This document shows, one piece after another, positions 13,788 through 26,658 of a stretch of DNA of 64,000 nt. The translations under genes and the position numbers were made by a program. Below the pieces are notes generated by a model, which saw nothing but the letters and a program-made list of their open reading frames with translations, had not been told where the DNA came from and did not search any database. Numbering within the stretch: position 1 is the stretch's first letter; the number at the start of each line of letters is the position of its first letter. Source of the DNA: Vicugna vicugna (Eukaryota); NCBI GenBank assembly GCA_013265495.1, contig MU058384.1, forward strand, positions 2,889,010 to 2,953,009, in the 5' to 3' direction.

Positions 13788-13935
13788 CTGAAATGACAAT
13801 GATGGGCCTTCTTAGGATGTTGCAAAGGACAAAGATGTGTATTTCTTCCAGTGAATGATACTGAAGCCCACTCCGGGCTGCCGGGGTGTCTGTGGATGCC
13901 ATTTTGACAAGGTTGTCCCACTCATCAGTCCAATT
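13788..13935 (-). CDS. TNFAIP3: TNFAIP3 exon 4
   Basis: CCTCAG|AATTGG encodes [12 protein letters not shown]...LRRPIIVIS; donor CAG|GTGAGA; 148 nt. Confidence 0.97.
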
Positions 13936-14483
13936 CTGAGGGGGGAGAGCGAAACAATTGAGCGTGCTCTGCACTCTGAGACAATTCTGGCTTCACTCTG
14001 TGATTGTTCATTTACAGCACTCAGCTTACTTTTCCCCTTTCTCTAAATCATCAAACGGTCACCCAGTTTTCCCCATTTTGGTTTTCTTCCTTTACTTTTT
14101 TCCACTAGCAAGGCAAACTCAAAAGAAGGGGAGGATGGGGACAGCACCTGCTTTCAGAAAAAAATCCCTGATGAGGCATGACCTCGAAGCCCCCCATCCG
14201 AAGGTGCACAAAAATCCCAAACTTGTGACTGAAGATGGGAGGCACCACTTGAATTTGATTGGCTGGCTCAGCAAGGCATGCAAAGGGCAATCAAACCGAA
14301 AGCCAACCAAAACGCCACAGGGAAGGCCCTGATCAGAAAGACCGTGCTAAAATGACTCTCCAGCTGGGAAGCTCCTGCCAGGGAGTCTCCCCGCAGTGTC
14401 AAAGCCTGGGGATCATCCCACAGGAGGTTTCTGGTGTTTTCCATTGACTCCGCTTTGCCAAGTTCACATGACCTGGCAAATCA

Positions 14484-14891
<408 letters not shown>

Positions 14892-15954
14892 TCATTATTT
14901 AGTCGAAGGGCCAAGTGGTAACATTCCACAAGGCAATGACGGCTTTAAGGTGAATATCATTCTTTTCACTTGTATTTTAAATGAATGATCCTAACAGAGC
15001 CAGGGAACCAGGGACTGAGAGTCAGGAGACCTTGGTTCCAGCCTGGCTCTACCCTAACCAGTTTAGATGACATTGGAGGGAAATTCCTTGACCTCTGAGA
15101 GTATTTTTCGTCTTTGTGAAAGGAGGGCATCGGATTATGATCTCTAAAGCCCATCCCTCGCTAACATTCCTTGATTTTCTGGCTAAGACGCTGGCACTGT
15201 TACTCTGTGACCCTACACAGGGCAACACGCTCAAACCAGGAAGCTGGCTGCGCTCCATCTACTAGACAGGGACAGTCTAGCTATGACTGAGTGGCTTGAC
15301 CATCCCACTGCAGTTCTGGGGGCCTGGGAGTTTCCTCTTCTCATTTGTAAACTGGGACTGAGAATACACAGTTACCTACTGCCTGCTGGCCCCCGCTCCC
15401 TAGCAATGCCTTGAGGGAACCCGTCTGTTAGCAATCACGGAGTCCTTTCACAGAGCTAACAAGGGCCTGGGTGGCTGCATTTCAAACATAATTCATTGTT
15501 TAGAACTGGCATTTTCAGAATACTGAGCATTCTGAGAAAAAGACAGGTCTAATTTTATTCCATCACTTTGTTACTTTCGTAGCTTCAAATCCACAATTCA
15601 CGAGCCTGCATTCTTTGACCTCCAAAGAATAAACGTTTTGGAGGGATGTTTAACATTAAAAAGTTAACTCCTTAGTCTCCTTTGGCAAGTGCATAACTGT
15701 TTTTCATGAAGAAAAGTTCAACTGGTTTCTTACACTGCTCTACAGGGCAATAAAGTTACTTGAAATGTTACTATATTTTAATTATAGTCAAACAGAAAAA
15801 AAAAACCCAACCAAAAACACAAAAAACCCTCAAATATATGGCCACAGCCAGTATCCCTTCAATTTACGCACTTAGAAAAACCAGTATTTGGAGAAACGAA
15901 CAAAAAAGATCGCTCAAGCCGTGTGTCTTGGCAGAAGTGTGGCAACAATTGCAC

Positions 15955-16265
15955 TGTTGAAATTTCCCCTTTGCAAAATCTAGAGCAAAGATAAGGCTTT
16001 TTTTCTTCTTCTTGTGCTTACTTTCAGTTCTTTATTGAGATGCAGCAGCATAAAATTCCCTAAGTAACATCTGGAATTCCCCAGTGCTAAGTTATTTGAC
16101 TAGCAATTGAGCAACAGCCATTGTACTTTTTGTTCTGATGTGTAGACATTTAAACTGCGAAGTGCACCCTGGACTTTCCAAGTGGGTGTGGTCAGGGTGA
16201 GCTGGAATCAGGCTACTCATTATACAAGTGAAATCGCGGCAGCCAATAGACGCTGGGATTTTTCA
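15955..16265. promoter_or_regulatory. Intron-2 NF-kB / glucocorticoid-receptor composite enhancer candidate
   Basis: GGGGAATTCC (minus, 16073-16082), GRE-like TGTACTtttTGTTCT 16122-16136, near-kB TGGACTTTCC 16170-16179 and GAAATTTCCC 15959-15968. Confidence 0.7.
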
Positions 16266-17991
16266 CATGAAGTTTCAATTTTATGCCTCCTACTCCCTTC
16301 CTCATTCACCACAGGCTCACATCCTCAAATGCGAACTTGTGAATCACCCCTCCCCAAACAGACCACTGACTCCGTAGAACCCTCCTACTGGGGGCAGGCT
16401 TAAAAAACAAAGCTGCTAATAAAAATCAGAGAGGAAAAGTCACTTGTTTTCCTCCCTCCCCTAAATACCTTGTCTCCTTTTTCCAGAATTTTAAGGAATT
16501 TTCTTGAAAGTGGGGAAATAAAAGGATTCTGAGCCTAAAACTCTTGATTTCCCAGAAAACTATATCAAAATGCACCTGATTTCGTAGTCTTATTTGTAGC
16601 ATGAATCCTGGATTTAAGTGACATATCTTTGCAAAACAAGTGTTTACTCTTTATATTATATCCATTTTTCTTTAAGGGACTGGAGCAAGTTAGACCTAAA
16701 ATCTCAGTTAATAAGGTTCATAATATGGATTTTCTCTTTCTACCATATTTCTAATTTGGAAGAATCTCTTTGTTTCCAACTTTCCCAAAGCTGACTCCAC
16801 CTCTTTTTGCAACAAAATAGGAGAGAGTTAAAACCATAAACTGTCAGGAATACAAACTCCTTGATGATGACTTAACATAATTACCTGCTCCCAAGCATCA
16901 CTTGATTTAATGCCAACAACAATGTAAACACTAGCAATCCCCAGTTTTCTTTCTGTGTTTCTAAGAATCTGTGCTTCAAAAATAAAAGTAATCTTGAGGT
17001 GTTGCGCCTGGCCCCCAGAACCAAAGCCAAAAACTGTCCCTCCATCATGCCACGTTACCCAAGTCAAAAATGGCCAAAGTGAACGTACAAATGAATTTCA
17101 TTAAGTTAATGTTCTTATCATCTCATTGTCAACTAGGATGTATTATTTTGCCCTTTGACGTATTATTTTGATCGGGATAGCTTAGGACTGTCAGTGATCT
17201 AAGGACAAGAGACTCCTGCTTTTACCCAGACTGTAAGCATTTAGTTGTCTACGCGCTTCTTGTAATAATTAGCTACATCTATAAAGCAGAATTTTGAAGC
17301 ATGAAACAGTACGCTTGAATGTTTCTGTGATGCACATACTTCTGCTCAAAGGAAATAATTAAAAATCAAAACAGTAAAGCTTAGAACAGGAAACAGCTAT
17401 CAGTCATAAATGGCCATTGGGCAGACAGGCACACGTAGCAAGAAATTCACTACTAGGAATCCCTAAAAATAATGAAGTAGAGGCCTAAAATCTGCACTAA
17501 GAAACTCAAATATCTTTTTAGTGCATATCATGGGACCACAGGCAACTGAACGTAGGTAAGGGAGGAACTGACAACAGCTATTGCTTAACCCATAAAATGC
17601 CATCGATTCAAGAAGCGTAAGCATTTTCTAAGGAGAGTGGGGAACAACACCAATTTTCACACGAGGCTTTCCTTGTGAACTTAAAGCCTTTTAATATTTG
17701 CATTACTGGCTAGGGAAGGGCATTTTACAGGTGATTAAATAGTCAAAAAGAATTAGATACCGAAGTCATACATACATACCAGACATACACACTTAATGGG
17801 TGCATGGTGTCTAGAAATGCATTCCCCAAGCCTCAGTGTGCTCTGCTCTCTAATACACACAACTAGAAAACAGCCTTAATTAAAACAGCCATAAAACAAG
17901 CCTGCTCTCATCACATGCCCCTTATAGAGTCTCTGTCCTAAGGTGTCTATGGCCTGGAGAGATGTGATTTGGGGCTGGGCTGGGGCTGTTA

Positions 17992-18540
<549 letters not shown>

Positions 18541-21500
18541 TTAACTCACACTGGACTGTTTTAAGTTACATCACTTTTAAAGATTAGTCTAAACAGGAGA
18601 AGGAAGGCGGGGAGTGGGTACTGAGGGGGAGGGGAATAACCCGTGTTTTCAGTAACGTTTGTCAGGGAGCCAAGCCTGTCTGTCGGCAGCAGGTACTCTG
18701 CCCCATAACCCGAATGAAGCTCCCATGCTACTCTGATACTACTCTGGGTCAGCAATTGAATTTTAAGGCCCCTGAATGCCAGTTACAGGCACAACGTAGC
18801 CCTGACAAGTCTGGCTCCTCTTCTAAGAAGACCACCAAGCAATCGTTGCTCTTAGGCAAAATCTTGATTTATTGCTTTTAAGCACTCCCTCCCCATACTG
18901 GAAAGACAGTGAATATTTTGTGGAAAATCTTGCAATTTTATGCTGCCACTGAGGCTGTGGACTGGAGTTTCCTCTTTAGTCCCAGGGAGAAATATGTATA
19001 AAGAGTTTATTTATAAAATGTATTAGTAATATAGAGCTAAAACTGAATGTTTTATAAACAACAAAAAAGCCTATTTCCAGCAAGATGCTTTGCAATTTTG
19101 GAGCAAACGGTCAGCAGGCTTTCAGAACCTCTCCACTGAGCTTTACAACATAAGAATAGGAAATGTTATAATAATAATAACAGAATAATAAATCCTACTT
19201 GCAAGAGCAGATATTGGAGCTGTACTGCTTGAACAACTGCCAACCAAATTCTACTATCGTCCTCTAGGTACCAAGACTGATGCATTTCCCACCCTGTCTT
19301 CACCCTGAAATCCTCAAGCATCATTAGCTGGTAGAAAGAAAGGAAAGGCTGGAAGCAGACAAGAAAAGAAATTTCAGCCAGAGGGGCCACTCAGGGCAAA
19401 TGAAAGAGGAGGGGGGCAAAACCCACATCTCCAACCGATGCTGTGAGTTGACAGAACCTTGGACCTCTACATCCTAGAGCTGTGTGGAGAGCCGGCTTGA
19501 ATTCACTGGCCCTTAGCAGGGTGCTTATCATTCATCCTAATTTCCAGACAAAGACAGTTTCAGAGCATGAAGAGGGTCCCTAGGAAGTTTTACCCCAGTT
19601 GTCAATCCCACTTCTGTATCATACTTTTTGCCAGGGCAAGCCTCTAGCTGAGAAAGAACGTAAACCTATGTAAGAGGGGGAAGAAAGAAACCTAGGTTAT
19701 TGGGAAGCCGCTCCTAGGTGGGTCTAGGCTCCCTGATAAAATGGTCTAAATTCTCTAAATTCTCGTAGCCCACTCAGAACAGAGACTTGGGCTAGATGAC
19801 TCCAAGGTTGCTTCTAAGTTTTCTGGTGGTAGTTTTAGATTGGGATTCCTCATCTGATTGCTGGATGACGCCTGGAAGAAGTCAGTCATTCGCTGGGTCA
19901 AATGGTAATCTCTCCTTTGATGTCAGACATTCCCTGCAGGTGGATTTGGGCAAAATCACGGCAGGCTCACAGACATAACAAAGGGACAAAAACATCACAC
20001 GCACTTCCCTTTTGTGACACGAGAAGTCTCTTTCACGATGTCATTCATTTGTCCATCCATCACTTGACAAGCACGGCCTGACCACATACTACCACTGCCT
20101 GACCACCGAGCGCTGTGCTTGATGCTGAGGTTAAAAGATCAAAGATGACCTCATTCCCCGTCCTGAAATCATGCGACCATCTCTGTCTCCAGCTACAGCA
20201 GCTGAAGCACCTGTCCTGTTCATGTAGGAACCACGCCATCCAGGGGCAGCGCTTGGCCGGGAAGCCAGGTCTTCCAACACCCGCCCCCTTGTCAGTCTCA
20301 CAACACCACACCTGTGGTTGTGGTGCCTGTTGCTCTCACATGGAAACAGGCAGGCAAGAGGAAGATTTGAAACAAGCCAGGTGCAGCCTCTTTTTGCTTT
20401 TCTGATTTTTCTATTACTTTCTTCTGCACCTAAGATCTTTCAGCAAAGTTCTCAGTGAGAACCGTAACCATAGGCAAGACACGCAAATGTCAGGATTTGA
20501 TAGCCCAGTGTCATCTCATTCATAGGTTCAGCCTTGCACAGCCTGCAGAATGGCCTCCTTAAAATAAATAAAAACTCACTGCCCAAGTGCCCAAGTACCC
20601 AGTACTTGGACTTCTCCACATTTAAGATTAAGGAATAATCTGACCTATGATAATTTCTGAGCTACGATTATAAAGTCCTTATAGGCAAAGACATACAATA
20701 TTACTTGTAATATTTCTTTCACATTTCTGTTACCTCACTACCCTTCTATCAACAAATATTTCATTGAATTTTTAGAAAGTACCCCCCCCCCCGCCAAATT
20801 CAAAAATTGTACAAAGAATTGGGGAAAAAAAGCCAGGAGCACCGTAGACAACGAGAATAGAGCAGTAACTGGCTGTTTAACACTTGCAGTCCAGAGGACT
20901 CTTTTAAACAGTGGTTCTCCCCAGAGGCTACCCTGAGACACTCGACCAGAGCGGCTTTCCAAGGAAAGGAAATCGGAAGCAGGGAGAACTGAAAACAAAG
21001 TGGTCTCAACAAGAGCTGAGCTCCTTCCTTACTTAATACCACGGCTTTCCTGAAAGGCCAGGTGGCAGGATGTGGGACGACCCCGGCTGACAAAGGCAGT
21101 CTGACTGGGGGGCAGGGGCCTGCAGATGCTCTAAACTGGAGTAACCCACCCCCCTCAGGCAGGCTGACGACCTCCTGCGACATGCACACTTCTCCGACGC
21201 TGCTGAACTCCGAGTGTCTGCAAGTTGTCCCCGCAAAGGTTAGCTGACAGGCCCCCCCACCCCATCAGGTTTTGCTGCCCCTGCGACATCCCACCCTTTG
21301 GGCTGGTGCTGCACAATCTGGAAAGAAGCCACAGCGATTCTGCAAGGTCTACGTGGCCATAAGCATGCAGCGTTTGATTCTAAAAAAGCCGCGCCGCAAA
21401 GACATCAACGACCACCCGCAACCCAGCGGCCCCGGGGCCACTCTCCCCAGGCAGCTGCAGTTCAAGCTCGCTGCATCAGCTGCAAGCAACAGCTGGCTGG

Positions 21501-21719
21501 AGGAATCCTGGCTGTCACCCCCAACATCTGGCGCGGCAACCTCAACTCCCAGCAGTCCAGAACCTGCAATGGGCACAAACGGCCAACAAACTCCCCTTCA
21601 GGAACGCTGTAAACTCAAGGCCTGGTCGACGGGGCCCGCCTGCGGGTCGCTGCCAAAGTCGCAGCCGCAGCTCTTGCCCCGGGAGCCGGTGGCAGATGGC
21701 ACGGGGACGAGGCAGTTAC

Positions 21720-22000
21720 CTCTCTGAGCTGCGCAATCCTCTCTCGAAATCCCAAGGGCAGGTCAGGACAGGCGCGCGCCGCAGGCTGGGGTCCGGGTCA
21801 GGGTCGGGACCGGGTGGAGGCGGCGCCCCATGGACGCCGGGCTCGGGGCTCGCTCTCCGGCCGGGCTGGCCGGGGGTGTGGATCTCGCCCGCTGCAGCCG
21901 CCGCCGCCACTGCAGTTCTCTCGGCGGCCGCTCTCGCCGCTCCGCCCCCGCGGCCTCCTAGCTCGCTGCACTTGGCCGCCGAGGAGGCTGCCGACTGCCA
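21720..22000 (-). other. TNFAIP3: TNFAIP3 exon 1 (non-coding 5' UTR)
   Basis: Donor CAGAGAG|GTAACT with last exonic base at 21720. It lies in the CpG island just downstream of the tandem kB sites. TSS is estimated, not observed. Confidence 0.8.
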
Positions 22001-22042
22001 GTTCTCTTTTTTCCCTTTCTGTTTTACCGCCCGCGGACAGCC

Positions 22043-22078
22043 GGGGATTTCCACCCAGGGACTTTCCAGTCACGTGAC
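22043..22078. promoter_or_regulatory. Tandem NF-kB sites plus E-box (A20 core promoter)
   Basis: GGGGATTTCC 22043-22052, GGGACTTTCC 22058-22067 and palindrome GTCACGTGAC 22069-22078. Two kB sites with an adjacent E-box is the known A20 promoter layout. Confidence 0.92.
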
Positions 22079-22186
22079 GCTGGGCCGGGCTCCCGGCGCC
22101 GGGACTCGGGGGTATTCCCTCCGCCGCCAGGGGGCGCAGGAGGCGCGGGAGGCGCAGGAGGCGAGGGAGGCGACCTGCGCGGCGCG

Positions 22187-22231
22187 CCGCCCCGCCCCGC
22201 CCCGCCCCGCCCCGAGTCCCCGCGTGAGTCA
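22187..22231. promoter_or_regulatory. Tandem GC boxes (CCCCG)n and AP-1 site
   Basis: About five CCCCG units at 22187-22214 (Sp/KLF-type); TGAGTCA at 22225-22231. Confidence 0.75.
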
Positions 22232-22585
22232 CCTGGGCATTTCGGAAGCTGGGCCCAACGTCACATCCATGTGGAAATCGCAATGATGGGAACTGGAAAT
22301 AGGTTCTTTTTCGCAGCCGTTTTTCTGCAGAAAATCATCAACTGTGGAGAACAAGAAGGGAAATAATAAAGAGAGAAAACCCTAAAAACCACCCCGGAGC
22401 CCGGGACCGCAGGCCTCCGCGGGTTTGCAGCGCTTGGGCTGCGCACGTGATGAGTTCGTAGGGGAGTGCCCTACTGTGGGCCCCCGGGGGGATTTCGAGA
22501 AAAAGTTGCAGTCACAGCCCTTGGCCCCTACCTCCAGCGTTCCTGCCAGTCCCGGGCCCCTGGCTCGTGGGATGCCGCTCCTAGG

Positions 22586-22593
22586 TGACGTCA
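22586..22593. promoter_or_regulatory. Full CRE motif
   Basis: TGACGTCA inside the CpG island. Motif match only. Confidence 0.5.
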
Positions 22594-23389
22594 GACCTCG
22601 TGGCCTTGAAATTTGCAGGGGCAAAGCCAGTCTTAGGTAAAATTAGGAATCAGAACATTTGCCAGCCTCGTCCCTCACTTGACTGATTTCCTTTCTCCAT
22701 TTCTGCACACCAGGTGCCCAGCTGGCCTCGCATTCAGGTAGCATTTCAGTTTAGAAATCGCTTCTAGCTCCTTACTGTCCTTGCCACTTGCTTCTAAGAC
22801 CTTATGAGTCTGATAGTAGGTCCTGCTAGTAGTTCACCCCACGGTTCCAAAGGCTGATAATACTTATTACCCTCCGTTTCCCGCCCCCACCCCCTTATTA
22901 AATAGCATGTTAATGGCACTGTCTTCACCCAGAGGGTGTCCTGTGGAAATAGGTGTCAGCCACTGGGCAGTGCAGGGACATGAGTTGTGGAGGGAGGGGC
23001 ACTAGGCTCTTTTACTGCCTTGGTGTCCTCCTTGGCTCATTTTCTAGAATGACTAAACTAGAACCAGACTGAAATATACCTTGTAGACTTAGGTATATTT
23101 GTCCGGCTAGATATCTTAAGTTTTGAATTAGAAAACATTCTCCTCTCTCCAGTAAGGGCCCACAGAAACAGGGATGGGGGATGGGAGATGGGGGATGGGG
23201 GCTGAGAGGGGGGAGGTACTTTTTTGGTGACTCTTACAGCAGAGAATCACCAAGGTCCCAAGGCTGGTGCTGATTATTTGAAACTGATGGCTGGAATTTT
23301 TTCCAACTCCAGAACTCCTGGTGTTTGTCTTCTCATTCACAAATATTTTCAGCTGCCAACAGGCAAACAATAGATAGTCAAGCTAGTAA

Positions 23390-23620
23390 TATAATAATGA
23401 TAATAACAGTGATGATGAAGACATTTATCAAGCCCTTACTGTAGGCCAGATTGTAGGCTAAGTGTTTGCAGCGCATTCTGCCGTTTAAACCTCACAGCTC
23501 CACTTTGCCGCTGAAGAAACTGAAGTTTCAGAAGCTTAAGCCATCTGCCCAAAGTACACAATCAGCAAGTGGCTGAACCACACCTGGCACTGGGCCTGCC
23601 TTACTCCAAAGTCCACACCA
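23390..23620 (-). mobile_element. MIR SINE
   Basis: acatttatcaagcccttactgt...gaagaaactgaag...ctgcccaaagtacaca (reverse MIR core). Confidence 0.6.
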
Positions 23621-26324
23621 TTAAGTCTTAACCCTTAATCATTACTCTCAGAAAATATCTGACGAGATTTAAATTCTCATGGCCCCTGTTTGTAACCTTG
23701 GTCCCAACCTCCCAAACATAGGGCAGTCCCCTAGACAAATTCGGACCCTGGGCTGGGGCAGAATGTGGGCTTGGGAGCCAGACATCCTCAGGAAACTTCC
23801 TGAGCTGGTTGAGATGATAAAAGATGATGTATATAAAAGAACATCCTCAGTCCTCAGACCACACTCCCCTTGTGCTCCTTCGGAAAAAGAGTTTGCCTGT
23901 TCTTGCTCATCTCTGTCTGCTCCTCGCCCCTCCTGGAACTTCCATTGCCCTTTTTCTGGTTTACATCTGCTCCCTGGTTTCATGAGTTAGGAATGCAATA
24001 GCAGGAGTAACAAGCCCGAAAGACCACGCTCAGATTTGTCACTTCCAGTTGTCCTGAGGTCGAGGCAGCACCATCTTTCCTGCCAGGATTCGTAATAGCA
24101 ATAGCAAACAAGGTAGTAGCAATCAGATGTGCGGGAGCAGTCCGTAACGCCCAGGTTAGCTCTACCCCCATCTTCCATAATTCTGCCCCTGGAATGATGG
24201 TCTCTATGAGGTTGCATTTTCAGGCCAGCCCTTCTCTAGTTTTGACTCGTCTTTCTGCCTCAGAGCTCTGGCGTTTCCCTTTCTAATACGTAACACATGG
24301 GCAAGACCAGTTGGGAATTTCTTGATGCTAAATCAGAAGAGTGGGACAAGAAGGGAGAACATAGAAGGAGAGACTCCTAAGGAAAAGGAGATCTAAAATT
24401 TGGGGAAATCCGTGGAATGAACTAAACTCAAAAAGATATCAAAACCTTGCCAGGGACTTTAATTTCTATGATCTTATTAAGATGAACGGAACTCTGCAAA
24501 GAGAAAGGAATATATATTAACATCGAGTGGACACATAGGAGAAAAATACATGTCTCCTTATCAGAGAGAAGAGGAATTCAGGTAATGTGGAGTGTTTTGG
24601 AGAGTTTCCAAATTATGTGCCGTTTTTATGGTGAGGCCATCATTCACACATCATGAACTGCGTACAGTAAGCACATATGATCTCTTGGAGTTAGACAATC
24701 TGTGGGACTGTGGCCTGTGTGCTTATGCCACAGAACAAAAAAGATGTATGCCCCAAGGTAGCGAGGATGGAGTAGAGTGAGGGGTCGGGGAGGGGACAGG
24801 AGAAACCCAATTAAATCGAGGCGGATGTAATTGGGAAGAGGACCCCTATCTGGCTCACTTCAAAACTCAGTTCATGGGTCTTTCTTAAGAAACAGCCACA
24901 GGGTATTTCTTAAGGTGTATGGAATTCTGCTACAAGACAATCAAGGGTTGAACTAAAATCGGACGTTCTGTGTCTGTTGAACAATTGCTCCCCCTTTCCC
25001 AGCATTGTGCTCTGTTGAAAAGGAAAATCCATGTTAAACATATTTTGAAACAGCCTTATGTAAGAATGGCAGTTTAGTTATTGCAAGGTAGCTTTGAATC
25101 CTTCTTCAAATTTTAATAACCCTGGGCTGCGTTTTGAGATTACTAAAGTGTAGTGTTTGTGCTTTCGAGGCAGCTGTAAGGACTCGTTCTGGGAGGACAG
25201 GAGAAGTTCTTTGTGGGCTGTAACTGCAGGGAGATCTGGGATAATGATGTCACGGATTTTGTCACCCCCCCCCATGGATGCCAAATTTTCCTGAAGTGCT
25301 ATTTCTTATCTAGGGACCTCAGATTCTTTACAAGTATTATCCGGGGTGAATGGAGAAACCAAGACCCACCTCAGGGAAGGGACTTAACCAAGGGAATCTA
25401 ATGAATCGCTAGTAACAGGAACAGAGACCCTCCACTAGAAGGGAGGAAGTTGGTTCAGTGCCAAGTGCAGCTCCTCCTATCCCACTTTGCCGGAAAGCAT
25501 GGGCTGCTGAAATCTGAAACTGGTCAGAAAATTCATCCCGCCACGAATTCTGGTTTAATTTTCTGTCAACACTTGGCTGAAACACTTGGCAAAGTAATTT
25601 GATTTTACATCACGAAGATAAATATTCAATTCTTGGTTTCATTTCTGTTTCTGGGGAGGCTGCTATTAATGACCAAATATGAATAATGACATAAATATCT
25701 AAAAAAGGGTGTTATTAGGAACCAGCTGGTGTGCAGTGTCGGGTTGAGCAGTAAGCTGGATGTGAACTGAAATAAATCAGTTCCTGTTATTTGGGATAGT
25801 GCAAGCCATTATGAAAACTTGCCTTTTCTGCTCCCCCCTTTTCTTCATTTGTCTCTCAATTCCCTTAGTCAAAGGAACTGGGGGGCCCATAATCCTGTCT
25901 TTTTTGCCACCCCTGCCTCCCAGCTTTGCCTACTCCCCATCTCCATAGCAAGGGAGTTCGGCTTTCATTCTCTCCCACGGGCCTGTTTTCTGGGACTGGC
26001 TAATCTAAGAAGGTAATTCAGGTTCATTTGCAAAAACAGATTGCAACATGTTATGTTATATTTCTTGAGAAACATTCCTCTTGAAACTAGAACTTCCTAG
26101 AGCTTAAAGGTGGAAATTCCAAGCACCTTAGCAGGCTGGAGAAGAAACAGCTCTATTTCCATGACTCTGAGAGTCCATGGTTGCAAGATGTACCATGGAT
26201 TTAGTAACAACGTGGTGGGTGGGGAGTTGAGGGGCACAACCTCATATTAGATGTTCACGCGATCCTTTTACTCACTGACCATAGCCTACATTTACTGATG
26301 TAATTACAGTACCCTTTCTTCACT

Positions 26325-26495
26325 GTGTGAGGGAGGAAAGACTTTAGCTCTATGCTCCTAGGTTCAATAGCTGGGTCTATGAGATAAACTGACAATAGTC
26401 AGATTAACAGGAGAAAAGGTATACAAATTTATTAATTTTTAATATTACATGCATAGGGGCATCACAGGAAAAAATTGTATGTCCCTGAGATGAAC
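26325..26495 (-). mobile_element. ERV LTR fragment (ERV1-like)
   Basis: tgtgagggaggaaa...agattaacaggagaaaagg...aaatttatt resembles the reverse 3' end of an LTR, with minus-strand AATAAA. Confidence 0.45.
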
Positions 26496-26535
26496 CAGCC
26501 AGTTTCCAATCTCTCTCTCTGTTTTGATTTTGGCT

Positions 26536-26658
26536 TTTTTAGGGGGGAGGGTAATTTGGTTTATTTATTTTTGTTCTTATTAACGGAGGTACTGGGGATT
26601 GAACCCAGGACCTTGTGCATGCTAAGCACTCACTCTACCGCTGAGCTATACCCTCTCC
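26536..26658 (-). mobile_element. tRNA-Ala-derived SINE (vic-1-like, camelid)
   Basis: Minus strand GGAGAGGGTATAGCTCAGCGGTAGAG...CTTAGCATG...GGTTCAATCCCCAGTACCTCC shows A box, AGC anticodon loop and B box, followed by an A-rich tail. Confidence 0.8.

Larger units (their letters stand above)
21330..22620. promoter_or_regulatory. CpG island / TNFAIP3 promoter
   Basis: Visibly high GC and CpG density spanning exon 1 and ~600 bp upstream. Edges approximate. Confidence 0.9.

Noticed and set aside
21892..21915. (CCG)3 flanked by two CTGCAG palindromes in exon 1
   Set aside because: Too short to call an unstable repeat or a meaningful hairpin in GC-rich sequence.
21272..22286. Several 100-200-aa ORFs across the CpG island
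   Set aside because: Expected from high GC content; Pro/Ala/Arg-rich with no homology I recognise.
26586..26658. Apparent tRNA-Ala gene
   Set aside because: Mismatched stems and an attached SINE tail indicate a SINE, not a functional tRNA.
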